Of a DNA stretch of 64,000 bases, positions 31,042-42,200 are shown piece after piece (the first letter of the stretch is position 1; each line of letters begins with the position of its first letter). The stretch covers positions 5,433 through 69,432 of the forward strand of contig CAZUPR010000001.1 in the NCBI GenBank assembly GCA_964622305.1, in the 5' to 3' direction. The DNA comes from an uncultured Eubacteriales bacterium. GTDB lineage: Bacteria; Bacillota; Peptococcia; Peptococcales; SKKY01. The notes beneath the pieces were generated by a model. That model worked only from the letters and a program-made list of their open reading frames with translations. It was not told the origin of the DNA and ran no database searches. The position numbers and the translations under genes were made by a program.

Positions 31042-32067
31042 TTATTTAATAAACATGGCGTCTCCAAAACTAAAAAAACGGTATTTTTTTTCGACGGCCT
31101 CATTATAAGCTTTTAAAACCTCTTCCCTGCCTGCCAAGGCAGATACTAACATTAAGAGAGTAGATTTTGGCAGATGAAAGTTAGTAATCAGAGCATCTAC
31201 TGCTTTAAATTTATATCCAGGATAAATAAAAATATCTGTCCAGCCCTGGTCTTTTATTATCAAACCATTTTCAACAACTGTTTCCAGGGTCCTGGTTGTT
31301 GTTGTCCCAGCAGCTACAATCCTTTTTTTATCTTTTAAAGCTTTTTCAATAATTTCCTTGTTTTTTGAATCAATAAAAAAATACTCTGAATGCATCTTAT
31401 GTTCTAAAATATCTTCGCTGCTTACTGGTCTGAAGGTACCCAGTCCAACATGTAGGGTGATTTCTGCTATTTCAATGTTTTTTTGCCTGATAATTTCCAT
31501 TAATTCTTCAGTAAAATGGAGGCCTGCTGTTGGAGCTGCAACTGATCCAGACATTTTAGAATAAACCGTCTGGTAACGGTTAGCATCATCAAGCTTTTCT
31601 TTAATATATGGAGGGAGAGGAATTTGACCAACCTTTTCCAATTCTTCCATAAAATTGCCATGGCAAGTGAATTTAACAATCCTGCCACCAGTTTCTGTTC
31701 TGGAAATAATTCTAGCCCTAAGTGAAGATTGAGGAAACTCAACTTCAACATCTTCTTTAAGTTTTCTGCCTGGCCTAACCAGACATTCCCAACTATGGTC
31801 TTCAGAAGTTGGGTGAAGTAAAAAAATTTCAACCTTGGCTCCACTATCTACCTTTTGCCCTAAAAGCCTGGCTGGTAAAACCTTAGTGGAGTTTAAGACC
31901 AAAAGATCATTAGAATCTAAATAATCAATTATATTATAAAAATCCCTGTGCTCAATTGCTCCCTTTTTTTTATCCAAGACCAATAATCTGGAAGAATCTC
32001 TTTTTTCAAGAGGCTTTTGGGCAATCAATTCCTTAGGGAGAAAATAATCAAAATCGCTGGTTTTCAT
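31042..32067 (-). CDS. queA: S-adenosylmethionine:tRNA ribosyltransferase-isomerase
   Basis: 341 aa. N-terminus [20 protein letters not shown] and [10 protein letters not shown] motif. Confidence 0.97.
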   Translation of the reverse strand: MKTSDFDYFLPKELIAQKPLEKRDSSRLLVLDKKKGAIEHRDFYNIIDYLDSNDLLVLNSTKVLPARLLGQKVDSGAKVEIFLLHPTSEDHSWECLVRPGRKLKEDVEVEFPQSSLRARIISRTETGGRIVKFTCHGNFMEELEKVGQIPLPPYIKEKLDDANRYQTVYSKMSGSVAAPTAGLHFTEELMEIIRQKNIEIAEITLHVGLGTFRPVSSEDILEHKMHSEYFFIDSKNKEIIEKALKDKKRIVAAGTTTTRTLETVVENGLIIKDQGWTDIFIYPGYKFKAVDALITNFHLPKSTLLMLVSALAGREEVLKAYNEAVEKKYRFFSFGDAMFIK

Positions 32068-32084
32068 AAAAGCTCCTGAATTTT

Positions 32085-33101
32085 TTAAAATAATTTTTCC
32101 TGCTGACTTCCTTCCTCACAGGGAACCTGTAAGTGATCGTAAGCAAGTTTTGTAGCTACCCTGCCTCTGGGGGTTCTTTTTATAAAGCCAAGCTGCAGTA
32201 AGAAAGGTTCATAGACATCTAAAATTGTATCTGCATCTTCACTGATAGTTGCACTTAAAGTGTCTAGGCCAACCGGACCTCCATTAAATTTATGAATTAT
32301 TGCTTCAAGCAGTTTCATATCCAGTAAATCAAGTCCAAGGGGGTCAATTTCAAGCATATCCAAGCCCTGTCTGGTTATTTCTAAATTAATCAGGCCGTCA
32401 GATTTTACCATAGCAAAATCTCTGATCCTTCTTAAAATACGGTTTGCAATCCTTGGTGTTCCTCTGGCCCGGGAGGCAATTTCGCTGGCAGCTTCATCTT
32501 CAATTGGTGACTGCATTACCTTGGAGCTCCTTTTTACAATTTGAGTTAATTCCTCGGATGAATAATATTCCAGCCTTGAGACAACCCCAAAACGAGCACG
32601 CAGAGGAGAAGTTAAAAGCCCAGCTCTGGTAGTGGCTCCAATTAAAGTAAAGGGAGGCAAATCAATCCTTAGAGAACGGGCGCTTGGCCCCTTTCCTATT
32701 ATGATGTCCAGGGAATAATCTTCCATGGCTGAATATAAAATTTCTTCTATATTTGTATTTAAACGGTGAATTTCATCAATAAATAAAACATCAAATGGCT
32801 CCAGATTTGTTAAAATTGCTGCTAAATCCCCTGCTCTTTCCAAGGCAGGCCCTGAGGTAATCCTTATACTGGAATTGACCTCATTAGCAATTATTGAAGC
32901 AAGGGTAGTCTTACCCAAACCTGGTGGTCCATATAAAAGGACATGGTCAAGGGCATCCCCTCTGATTTTGGCAGCTTCAATATATATTTTCATTAACTCT
33001 TTTATTTTTTCCTGACCTATATAATCATCCAGATACTTAGGACGAATTTCTAATTGATCCTCATCTTTTTGGAGGTCAGGAGAAAGGAGTCTCTCTTCCA
33101 T
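32085..33101 (-). CDS. ruvB: Holliday junction branch migration helicase RuvB
   Basis: Walker [10 protein letters not shown], Walker B FIDEIH. The ORF track starts at GTG 33110. ATG at 33099-33101 (MEERLLSP) has AGGTGA 5 nt upstream. Confidence 0.96.
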   Translation of the reverse strand: MEERLLSPDLQKDEDQLEIRPKYLDDYIGQEKIKELMKIYIEAAKIRGDALDHVLLYGPPGLGKTTLASIIANEVNSSIRITSGPALERAGDLAAILTNLEPFDVLFIDEIHRLNTNIEEILYSAMEDYSLDIIIGKGPSARSLRIDLPPFTLIGATTRAGLLTSPLRARFGVVSRLEYYSSEELTQIVKRSSKVMQSPIEDEAASEIASRARGTPRIANRILRRIRDFAMVKSDGLINLEITRQGLDMLEIDPLGLDLLDMKLLEAIIHKFNGGPVGLDTLSATISEDADTILDVYEPFLLQLGFIKRTPRGRVATKLAYDHLQVPCEEGSQQEKLF

Positions 33102-33110
33102 TCTTTTCAC

Positions 33111-33716
33111 CTATCTGACAGACAATATTTTTAATGCAGCCTTGATAGCTTCTTCCGGGGACAGGCCTTCCTTTTCTTCCAGGAGAGGCATAACTGACAG
33201 TATCTCTTTAGAAGAATAGCCCAGGGCTTCCAGAGTATCAAAAATCACAGAGTTTTTTTCATTGGCAAGAGGCAAAATAAAATCTTGGCCAGCCCCTAAA
33301 TTATGTAAATCATCTCTTTTTGCCAGTTTATCTTTTATATCCAAGATAATCCTTTGGGCAGTTTTTTTACCTATACCAGGGAGTTTAGTTAAAATTGTCA
33401 TATCTTCACTTAGGATAGCCTTAGACAGGCTGGAGCCATCAATAGCAGAAAGTATGTTAATACTTGTTTTTGGCCCTATACCAGAAACTTCATTTAAAAG
33501 ATTAAAAAAAGCCTTATCTTCCCTGGTTAAAAAACCATAAAGGGTCAGTTCATTTTCTCTGACTACCATTTCAGTGTAAAACTCATTTTCACTGCCAATC
33601 TTAACAAAGGCCAATTCCTTTTCTGGCATAAAAAGAGAAAAACCTACATTATTAACTAAGATTAAAATACTCTTATCATCTTTTTCCAGGACCAGGCCCT
33701 TTAAGTATCCAATCAT
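33111..33716 (-). CDS. ruvA: Holliday junction DNA-binding protein RuvA
   Basis: Start supported at MIGYLKG (ATG 33714-33716, ATGA overlap with the ruvC stop). HhH motifs GIGPKT and GIGKKTA. Confidence 0.95.
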   Translation of the reverse strand: MIGYLKGLVLEKDDKSILILVNNVGFSLFMPEKELAFVKIGSENEFYTEMVVRENELTLYGFLTREDKAFFNLLNEVSGIGPKTSINILSAIDGSSLSKAILSEDMTILTKLPGIGKKTAQRIILDIKDKLAKRDDLHNLGAGQDFILPLANEKNSVIFDTLEALGYSSKEILSVMPLLEEKEGLSPEEAIKAALKILSVR

Positions 33717-34210
33717 TTTAAACTCCTGAATCTTATTTGACTTGTATAGAATTGACTGTGGCAAATAGCAATAGCCAAAGCATCGGCAGCATCATCAGGC
33801 TTAGGTATCGTTTCTAATGATAAGATAGTCTTTACCATTTTTTGTACCTGGGCCTTATCAGCCCGCCCATAACCTGCTATAGCTTGCTTAACCTGCAGAG
33901 GTGTATAACCTTCTACTATTAAATCCCTTCTTTGGCCAGCAAGAAGAATAACCCCTCTGGCATGGCCTACACTTATAGCCGTTTTGGCATTAGTATTAAA
34001 GAAGAGCTCCTCAACAGCCATATGGTCAGGCTTATATTCTTCAATAAGCTCAATAAGATCAGAATAAATCTTATCCAGCCTCCTGGTCAAAGGCCAGGAG
34101 CTTTCAGTATAAATACAACCATACTTAAGTGGAAGTAATTTATTGCCATTTTTATCGATGATACCATAACCTGTTGTAGCAGTCCCCGGGTCAATTCCTA
34201 AAATTCTCAT
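33713..34210 (-). CDS. ruvC: Crossover junction endodeoxyribonuclease RuvC
   Basis: 165 aa. MRILGIDPGTATTGYG, with catalytic acidic residues spaced as in RuvC. Confidence 0.95.
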   Translation of the reverse strand: MRILGIDPGTATTGYGIIDKNGNKLLPLKYGCIYTESSWPLTRRLDKIYSDLIELIEEYKPDHMAVEELFFNTNAKTAISVGHARGVILLAGQRRDLIVEGYTPLQVKQAIAGYGRADKAQVQKMVKTILSLETIPKPDDAADALAIAICHSQFYTSQIRFRSLK

Positions 34211-34274
34211 AAATACCTTCCTTCGAACATCCTTTCTTATATTATTACCTAAAAGAAAGAATTAGGCAAAGGAT

Positions 34275-35030
34275 TTATTCTAAAGCCTGGAGAATTTCTT
34301 CTGGAATTTCAACATTTGAATATAAGTTTTGCACGTCATCATGATCTTCCAGGCTCTCCAAAAGTTTGATAACTTTTTTCGCTTGTTCGATATCATCAAC
34401 TATAACGTTATTTTCAGGAACCATTGAAAGAGAGGCTTCAGAAATCTCTATTTTATCATTTAAAAGTTCTTTACGGACTTCCTCAAAGAAATCCATCTCA
34501 ACATAAAGTTCATAGATATCTTCTTTAACAATAATATCGTCTACACCTTTTTCTATGGCGTATAAGGTAAATTCTTCTTCATCCATTGAGATTTTATCTT
34601 TTTCAATTTCGATATAGCCCATTCTTTTGAACATCCAGCCAACACAACCAGTTTCACCAAGGTTGCCACCATTTTTATCAAAAATATGCCTGATATCACC
34701 AGCAGTTCTGTTACGATTATTGGTCATTAATTCCAGAATAATTGCTGTACCAGCCGGGCCATAACCTTCGTAGATCATTTCGTCATAATTCTCGCCATCC
34801 ATACCACCTGCACCCTTCTGGATAGCTCTTTTTATATTGTCATTTGGCATATTGTTTTCTCTTGCTTTATCTATAGCTATTCTAAGGCGAAAATTTCCAT
34901 CAGGATTATCCCCGCCTAATTTTGCTGCTACCATAATTTCTTTAGATATTTTTGTGAATATTTTTCCTCTTGCTCCATCTATCTTTGCTTTTTTATGTTT
35001 GGTTGTAGCCCATTTTGAGTGACCAGCCAT
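34275..35030 (-). CDS. yebC: YebC/PmpR-family DNA-binding transcriptional regulator
   Basis: Start supported at MAGHSKWATTKHKKA (ATG 35028-35030). The 28-codon extension in the ORF track crosses a terminator. Confidence 0.93.
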   Translation of the reverse strand: MAGHSKWATTKHKKAKIDGARGKIFTKISKEIMVAAKLGGDNPDGNFRLRIAIDKARENNMPNDNIKRAIQKGAGGMDGENYDEMIYEGYGPAGTAIILELMTNNRNRTAGDIRHIFDKNGGNLGETGCVGWMFKRMGYIEIEKDKISMDEEEFTLYAIEKGVDDIIVKEDIYELYVEMDFFEEVRKELLNDKIEISEASLSMVPENNVIVDDIEQAKKVIKLLESLEDHDDVQNLYSNVEIPEEILQALE

Positions 35031-35061
35031 TTTAAAACCACCTTTTAAAATTAGATTTTTA

Positions 35062-35090
35062 CAAAAAAAAAGGCTTTTCAGCCTTCTTTT
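35062..35090 (-). terminator. Rho-independent terminator after the lipoprotein gene
   Basis: Minus-strand RNA GAAGGC-UGAAAA-GCCUUU followed by a U run of about 9. Confidence 0.7.
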
Positions 35091-35097
35091 TAATGTT

Positions 35098-35472
35098 TCA
35101 TGATAAAGATTCAATAATATCTTTTAGTTGATTAAGAGAATCGTCAAAATCTTTGCGGAAATTGGCCAATTGCTGTTCTTCATTAGTTTCAAAATAAGTA
35201 ATGAGCATAACATAGTTAGTAGATAATTTTTCTACTGATTCTGATAATTCACTGTAGTCCTTAGCTCTTATACTTAGTTCGGTCAACTCACTCCAAACTT
35301 TTCTGGCCTTTTTAATATCATTATTTGCAATAGCAATATTTGTTTCTTTGACATAATTATCAATGATTGTATCTAGTTTATCTTTATCCAAAGTATTTTT
35401 ATCTGAACAACCGGCTGCAAAAACCAGTAACATGATAAGAAGCACAAAGATATACTTTTTAGATTCTTTCAT
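35098..35472 (-). CDS. Hypothetical lipoprotein (helical)
   Basis: 124 aa. Lipobox VFAAGC-SD. No recognised domain. Confidence 0.65.
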   Translation of the reverse strand: MKESKKYIFVLLIMLLVFAAGCSDKNTLDKDKLDTIIDNYVKETNIAIANNDIKKARKVWSELTELSIRAKDYSELSESVEKLSTNYVMLITYFETNEEQQLANFRKDFDDSLNQLKDIIESLS

Positions 35473-35506
35473 AATTCACACCTTTTTTACTAACTATGCA
35501 AAAAAT

Positions 35507-35535
35507 ATTTTATATTTTTATTGCACTTTTGTCAA
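35507..35535 (-). promoter_or_regulatory. Candidate sigma-A promoter (TTGACA-17 nt-TAAAAT) for the lipoprotein gene
   Basis: Consensus -35 with a 17-nt spacer in the 82-nt gap. Confidence 0.5.
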
Positions 35536-35554
35536 ATTTGCCTGAGAAGGTGAA

Positions 35555-36910
35555 TCAGGCCTCTTCCTTAGCTTTTATATTTTCCATATAATCTTTTGTT
35601 TCTTTAACAACTATACCACTTAAACCAACCAAACCAATTAAGTTAGGTATAGCCATAAGACCATTCATTGTATCTGCCAAATCCCAGATAAACTGGAGAC
35701 CACTAAGAGCGCCTACCATAATGAACAGAACAAAAGTTACCCTGTAGATTATAATTCCTTTTTCTCCAACCAAGTAGGCAAGACATTTTTCACCATAATA
35801 GGACCAGCCTAAAATAGTTGAATATGCGAAGAATATAATCCCTACTGCAACAATAACTCCGCCAATTCCAGGAATGGAAGAATTAAAAGCCATAGTTGTC
35901 AAGGCTGCACCAGTATAGGCTGAACCAGTAGCAGGGTTTATTTGTCCAAGGACACCAGATGTAAGAATAGATAAGGCCGTAAAAGAACATACTATCAGGG
36001 TGTCAATGAAAGTTTGAGTCATAGAAGCCAGTGCCTGCCTGACAGGGTGATCAGTTTGAGCTGCTGCTGCTGCAATTGGAGCAGAACCAAGACCAGCTTC
36101 GTTTGAGAAAACCCCTCTGGCTACCCCATATTTAATAACTGTACCTAAAGCACCACCAGCAATAGCGTTACCAGTAAAAGCATCCGAAAATATTGCTGAA
36201 AAAGCAGCTGGTACCATGGCTGCATTTTTATAAATTACTATTGAACCACCTAGAAGATAAAAAACTGCCATTACAGGAACCAAAAGAGCTGTTACTTTAC
36301 CTATACTTTTTATTCCACCTAATAAAACAATGGCTGTGAAAACAACAAGAACAAGTCCTGTCTGCCAGTGAGGAACACCAAAAGTTGTGAAAATAGCGTC
36401 GGCAACAGAGTTAGCCTGAACCATATTTCCTATACCAAAAGCTGCTACAGCCCCAAAGAAAGCAAAAAGAACAGCCAGCCATTTTAAGCCAAGGCCTTTT
36501 TCTATGTAGTACATAGGGCCCCCTGCCATTTCACCTTTATGATCTTTGGTTCTGTATTTAACAGCAAGAACTGCTTCGGCATATTTTGTTGCCATACCCA
36601 CTAGACCTGTTACCCACATCCAAAAAACTGCACCAGGTCCACCAGAAGCAATAGCTGTTGCCACCCCGGCTATATTACCAGTTCCAATTGTGGCAGCCAG
36701 GGCTGTTGTAAGGGCTTGATAGTTGGAGATATCTCCTTCTGCACCTTCGTTTTTCTTAAAAATCATCTTATGAGCGTAAATTAAATTGGAAAACTGAAGA
36801 CCTCTAAGTCTTAATGTCAGCAGGATACCTGTTCCTACTATTAAGACAAGCATTGGGGGGCCCCAGACCATTCCATTCAACTTACCATTAATCATTGCTA
36901 TTAATTCCAA
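35555..36910 (-). CDS. Alanine/glycine:cation symporter (AGCS family)
   Basis: 451 aa, multi-[24 protein letters not shown] signature. TTG start 7 nt after AAGGAGGG. Confidence 0.92.
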   Translation of the reverse strand: MELIAMINGKLNGMVWGPPMLVLIVGTGILLTLRLRGLQFSNLIYAHKMIFKKNEGAEGDISNYQALTTALAATIGTGNIAGVATAIASGGPGAVFWMWVTGLVGMATKYAEAVLAVKYRTKDHKGEMAGGPMYYIEKGLGLKWLAVLFAFFGAVAAFGIGNMVQANSVADAIFTTFGVPHWQTGLVLVVFTAIVLLGGIKSIGKVTALLVPVMAVFYLLGGSIVIYKNAAMVPAAFSAIFSDAFTGNAIAGGALGTVIKYGVARGVFSNEAGLGSAPIAAAAAQTDHPVRQALASMTQTFIDTLIVCSFTALSILTSGVLGQINPATGSAYTGAALTTMAFNSSIPGIGGVIVAVGIIFFAYSTILGWSYYGEKCLAYLVGEKGIIIYRVTFVLFIMVGALSGLQFIWDLADTMNGLMAIPNLIGLVGLSGIVVKETKDYMENIKAKEEA

Positions 36911-36934
36911 AAAATATCCCTCCTTTTATAGAAG

Positions 36935-36963
36935 ATTATAGCTATCATCCTCTGTTCCAACAA
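36935..36963 (-). promoter_or_regulatory. Candidate sigma-A promoter (TTGTTG-17 nt-TATAAT) for the symporter gene
   Basis: Consensus -10, 17-nt spacer. No room for a riboswitch. Confidence 0.45.
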
Positions 36964-36981
36964 GAGGAAATTTATAGAATC

Positions 36982-38085
36982 TTAACAATTTTTTATTATA
37001 TTGATAACAATCTCCATAACGGAGTAAAGATCTTTCTTAAGCATGTATTCTTCTTTGGTGTGAATCTTTTTATAACCCAAGCCTAAAATAACAGAAGAGA
37101 AATCTTTTTGATTATAAATATTTGCATCTGAGCCCCCGCCAGCTGACAAAGCCTGGGCTTTTAAGCCGGCCTTTTCAATGGCTCTTTTAGCCCTGCTAAT
37201 TACTTCTTCTGACTCATCTATATTAAAAGTATCATATTCCATTTTTCCGTCAAAAAATGCTTCTGTCCCCATTTCTTGTGCTGTTTTTAGGAAAATGTCC
37301 CTTGTTTCTTCTAAGAGACTCAAAGCTTCTTCTCTATTAAAGCTTCTGACTTCTCCCCTAACCTTTACTTCCTCAGGAACAATATTGGTAGCTGCACCAC
37401 CAGAGATAATAGCTATATTAGCAGTAGTTTGAGGGTTCATTCTTCCGCTGGGAGCCCTGTCTATTGCTTTAGCAGCAACCTTAATAGCATTAATCCCTTT
37501 TTCAGGAGAAATACCAGCGTGAGCAGCCAAACCCTTAAATAGGACTTCATAGGTATAGTGAATGGGGGCCTGCTTAACAATATCACCAGGCTCAGTGCTG
37601 GAGTCCAAGATATAGCCATAATCAGCCTTTAATTCAAAACCGAGGTTTTTAGCACCAAGAAGTCCTGTTTCCTCTGATACTGAAAAAACAAAAACCAAGG
37701 TTTCTGTTTCCAGCTGATTTTCTTTTATATATTTAATCAGCTCCAAAATTACAGCTATACCAGCCTTGTCATCAGCTCCTAAAACACTGTTGCCAGATGA
37801 GGATATCTTTTCTTCATCTTCAATAGGCTTTACATCTTTTCCAGGCACAACAGTATCCATATGGGCTGAAAAAAATATCCGTCCTGGCTTCTTGCCTTCA
37901 AGTTCAAAGTAAAGATTACCCGCATTTCCTCCTGTTTTTTGACCTGCATCATCTTCCATAACTTCAATATCAAGTTCCTTGAGATGATTAATCAGGTAGT
38001 CTGCCAGCCTTCTTTCGTCACCTGATTCAGAGTCAATTGAACAAAGCTCAATAAAAGTTTTTACTAATCTTTCTTTATTTATCAT
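36982..38085 (-). CDS. M20/M25/M40-family metallopeptidase (peptidase T-like)
   Basis: 367 aa. Metal-ligand motifs HMDTV, GADDKAG and SEETG. Confidence 0.88.
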   Translation of the reverse strand: MINKERLVKTFIELCSIDSESGDERRLADYLINHLKELDIEVMEDDAGQKTGGNAGNLYFELEGKKPGRIFFSAHMDTVVPGKDVKPIEDEEKISSSGNSVLGADDKAGIAVILELIKYIKENQLETETLVFVFSVSEETGLLGAKNLGFELKADYGYILDSSTEPGDIVKQAPIHYTYEVLFKGLAAHAGISPEKGINAIKVAAKAIDRAPSGRMNPQTTANIAIISGGAATNIVPEEVKVRGEVRSFNREEALSLLEETRDIFLKTAQEMGTEAFFDGKMEYDTFNIDESEEVISRAKRAIEKAGLKAQALSAGGGSDANIYNQKDFSSVILGLGYKKIHTKEEYMLKKDLYSVMEIVINIIKNC

Positions 38086-38104
38086 CTTTATCTGCTCCTT
38101 TTAA

Positions 38105-38136
38105 ATTACAAAAGAGCCAGGATTCCTGGCTCTTTT
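38105..38136 (-). terminator. Rho-independent terminator after ilvE
   Basis: Minus-strand RNA AGAGCCAGG-AAU-CCUGGCUCU followed by UUUGUAAUUU. Confidence 0.75.
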
Positions 38137-38138
38137 TC

Positions 38139-39197
38139 TTAAATTTCTAATGTCCAGCCAAATTCATCATCAATTTTACCATATTGTAAATCGGTGATAT
38201 ATTTATATACTTTCATAGCTAAACTTTCTTCTGTATAATCATTAACTTTTATAATTTTATCTTTGTATTTTAATTCCGAAACAGGGGAAATAACAGCAGC
38301 TGTGCCTGTACCAAAAATTTCTTCCAGACCGCCTTTTTCTCCCTCTTCAATTAGCTCATCAATAGAAATTTTTCTTTCTTCTACCTCATAACCCCATTTT
38401 TTTAGAATCTGAATGACGGAATTTCTGGTGATACCAGCCAGGATGCTTCCTTGAAGTGCTGGTGTTACCACTTTACCATTTATTTTAAAGAAGATATTCA
38501 TGGTTCCAACTTCTTCAACATACTTTCTCTCAACACCATCTAACCAAAGGACCTGAGTGTATCCCAGTTTTTTTGCTTTTTCACCTGCCATAAGGCTGGC
38601 TGCATAGTTGGCCATTGTTTTAGCTTCACCCAGACCACCAATTACTGCCCTGACATGTTCTTCCTCAACCATAATTTTAATAGGTTTAAGGCCTTCAGGA
38701 TAATAAGCTCCTACCGGTGAGCAAATAATTAAAAATTTATAGTTTTTAGAAGGATTAAGACCAAGAAAGGCTTCGCTGCCGATAATGAAAGGTCTTATAT
38801 AAAGAGATTCTCCGTCTTTTTTAGGAACCCAGTCTTTATCAATTTTAAGCAATTTTATAAGAGCTTCTAAGGCAAAGTCAGGATCCTGCTCAGGGATGCA
38901 AACTTTTTCCGCAGACCTGTTCAAACGTTTAAAGTTTTCCATGGGCCTGAAAAGATTAATTTTACCATTTTCTTTGTAGTAGGCTTTCATTCCTTCAAAA
39001 ATCCCCTGACCATAATGAAGGGTACAGCAAGCCGGGTCAAATTCTAAAGGCTTATAGGGCATAATAACCGGATCGTGCCAACCTCTACCTTCTGTGTAGT
39101 CCATGACAAACATGTGGTCTGTAAAATAAGAACCAAAAGATAATTCACCCTGGGGTTTTTCTTTAAGTTCTTTTTTCAAATCCAGCCGAACTTCCAT
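38139..39197 (-). CDS. ilvE: Branched-chain-amino-acid aminotransferase (class IV)
   Basis: 352 aa. FTDHMF, YIRP and GTGTAAVISPV motifs. Confidence 0.93.
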   Translation of the reverse strand: MEVRLDLKKELKEKPQGELSFGSYFTDHMFVMDYTEGRGWHDPVIMPYKPLEFDPACCTLHYGQGIFEGMKAYYKENGKINLFRPMENFKRLNRSAEKVCIPEQDPDFALEALIKLLKIDKDWVPKKDGESLYIRPFIIGSEAFLGLNPSKNYKFLIICSPVGAYYPEGLKPIKIMVEEEHVRAVIGGLGEAKTMANYAASLMAGEKAKKLGYTQVLWLDGVERKYVEEVGTMNIFFKINGKVVTPALQGSILAGITRNSVIQILKKWGYEVEERKISIDELIEEGEKGGLEEIFGTGTAAVISPVSELKYKDKIIKVNDYTEESLAMKVYKYITDLQYGKIDDEFGWTLEI

Positions 39198-39258
39198 TAA
39201 ACTCCCTCCATTTTCTTGTTATAGTATTTATAAAAATCTTTTTATTATTATATAACAA

Positions 39259-42200
39259 TTAAGCAAAAAATGACAATTGATTATTTTCTGGAACTCCGGC
39301 AAAAGTGCCATGGGCAACCAGCGCATCAATAACAGTTTTACTTACCTTGGTTCTGTTACGAAAATCTTCTATCGATTTAAATTCTTTATCTTTAATTTCA
39401 TTTTCTATATTTAGAGCCGCTGTTTGACCAATGCCGGGCAAAGATGAAAAAGGCAGAATTAATTGTTGGCCTTCTATAAGAAATTCCCTGGCCGATGATT
39501 TTTCTAAAGAAATATTCTGGAAGGAAAAACCTCTTTGATACATTTCTAAAATAACTTCTAAAATTGTAAGAGATTTTGCTTCTTTTGGTGTAGCCTGATT
39601 GCCTAAAGCATTGATTCTTTTTATTTCTCCTTCAACCCCATCCTGTCCTTTGATAGCAATTTCTGCATCAAATTCTGATGATCTGACCGTAAAATATGTA
39701 GCATAAAAAGCTAAAGGATGGTGAATTTTAAAATAGGCAATCCTAAAGGCCATCATTACATAGGCAACTGCGTGAGCTTTAGGGAACATATATTTTATTT
39801 TGTTACAAGAGTCAATATACCAGGCAGGAACTTTATGTTCCTTCATTGCTTCTTCATATTCTTCCTTGAGTCCTTTACCTTTTCTCACATCTTCCATTAT
39901 TTTAAAGGACATAAGAGGATCCATTCCCTTATTTATCAAATAAATCATAATGTCATCTCTGGCAGAAATAGCTTCAGAAAGGCTGCATACCTTGTTCCTA
40001 ATCAGATCTTGAGCATTGTTAAGCCATACATCAGTTCCATGAGAAAATCCACTAATACGAACTAAATCAGAAAATTTTTCTGGCTTGGTATCATCAAGCA
40101 TCTGGCGAACAAACCTGGTTCCAAATTCAGGAACGCCCAAAGTTTGTTTGGTCGAGAAAAGCTCCATTACGTCCGGATCATCTAAAGAGATTTCCATGGC
40201 CCTAACTCCTGTAATGTCCTCAAGCATTTTGATTACTGTTGGGTCATCATGGCCCAGTATATCAAGCTTGATTAAATAGTCATGTAAAGAATGGAAATCA
40301 AAGTGAGTGGTTATTATCTCTGAATCAACCATTTCTGCCGGCCTTTGCAGGGGAGTAAAATCAGATGCTTCTTTACTTGTAGGTACGACAATCAAGCCAC
40401 CAGGGTGCTGACCTGTTGTCCTTTTAACCCCACTGCAACCTTTTATTAATCTGTTTAATTCAGCAGAATTATAGTAAATGTTTCTTTCATCTAAGTAGTT
40501 TTTCACATAACCGAAGGCAGTTCTTTCTGCAATTGTTGAAATTGTGCCAGCTCTGAAAACATGATCTGAGCCAAAAATTTCTTCAACATATTTGTGGGCA
40601 CTGGCCTGATATTCACCTGAAAAGTTCAAATCTATATCTGGTACCTTGTCTCCTTCAAAGCCAAGGAAAACTTCAAATGGAATATCAAATCCATTTTTAT
40701 TTAATTGGCTGCCACAAGAAGGACAGGTTTTTTCTGGCAGGTCTGCTCCAGAACCATACTGAGAACTATCAAAGAATTCACTAAAGTAGCAAGAAGGACA
40801 AATATAATGGGCTGGCAAGGGATTAACCTCTGTTATACCTGTGAAGGTAGCTACCAATGAGGAGCCAACAGACCCCCTTGACCCAACCAAATAACCATCA
40901 TCATTTGATTTTTTAACCAGCTTTTGCGCTATCAGATACAAAACAGCATAGCCATTATTAATAATTGAATTTAATTCTTTATCAATTCTTTTAGCCACTA
41001 TTTCTGGAAGCTTTTCGCCGTAGATGCTGTGGGCGCCTGCAAAAGTCATTTGACGAATTTCTAAATCTGCCCCTTCAATTTCCGGGGTATGAAGCCTGTC
41101 AGGTATTGGCCTTATTTCTTCAATTAGATCTGCAATTTTATTGGTATTCTCTACCACAACCTCATAGGCTTTATTTTCGCCCAGATAGGCAAATTCTGCC
41201 AGCATCTCTTCTGTTGTCCTGTAAAAAAGGGGCGGTTGATTATCAGAATCCTGATAACCCTGGCCGGCCTGGATAATTCTTCTGTAAATTTCATCCTCTG
41301 GGTTTAAAAAGTGAACGTCACCGGTAGCAATAACCGGCAGCTCGAGTTCATGGCCAATTTCCAGAACCTTCTTATTTATGTTTTCTATATCCTTTAAGGA
41401 TTTTACTATTCCATTTCTGATCATAAATTCATTGTTGCCCAGGGGCTGTATTTCCAAAAAATCATAAAATGATGCGATTTCTTTTAATTCTTCTTCATCT
41501 TTTTGATCAATTATGGATCTTATCAATTGGCCAGCTTCACAGGCTGATCCATAAATTAAACCATCCCTGTACTCCTCCAGGAGTTCAAAAGGAATCCTGG
41601 GAACTTTTTTATAGTGTTTTAGCTGCGACTCTGAAATTAAATGATAGAGATTCTTTAAACCTTTTCTATTCTTAACCAGGATAATAAAATGATAGCTTTT
41701 ATTATCTCTTAAGGCGTAGGCTTCTACTCCATAAATAATTTTAACTCCATATTTTTGGCCAGCAAAAAAAGCATCAGGAAAAGCCTGAACTACACCATGA
41801 TCAGTTATAGCCAGGGCTTTGTGCCCCCATTGGGCAGCTCTTTTAACATAGTCAGCAACTGGCGTCATAGCATCAGTTTTGCTCATATTAGTATGGAGAT
41901 GAAGTTCAACCCTCTTAACCTGAGATAAATCCTTCTTATCTTCGAGCTCAGTTTGCAGATAATTTTTGACCATAAGAATATATTCCCTGGCAAACTGATC
42001 ATACTGCACATTTCCTGAAAACTTGTAGTAATTGTCTTTTTTAAGGTCATCCAGAATAGAAAGTCCTTCTTTTTGATCCCTGATAATTTTACAGGTGTAG
42101 GATGCGGTGGAATCATTTATTAATATGTTTATTAGGAGCTTATTGTTTTTAAGCTCCCTGCTGCTTATATCAAAGATTCTGCCTTCTACAAGAACATTTT

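Noticed and set aside
31500-31844. Same-strand alternative-frame ORFs: 114 aa in queA, and others at 24772-24954 in relA, 25692-25892 in recJ and 41883-42116 in polC.
   Set aside because: They are embedded out of frame in strongly supported genes and have no independent start signals. Their composition is not protein-like.
34211-34274. Stem CUUUCUU/AAGAAAG in the yebC-ruvC gap, considered as a possible terminator.
   Set aside because: The loop is long (~14 nt), the stem is A/U-rich, and no U-tract follows. This is not convincing as a terminator.
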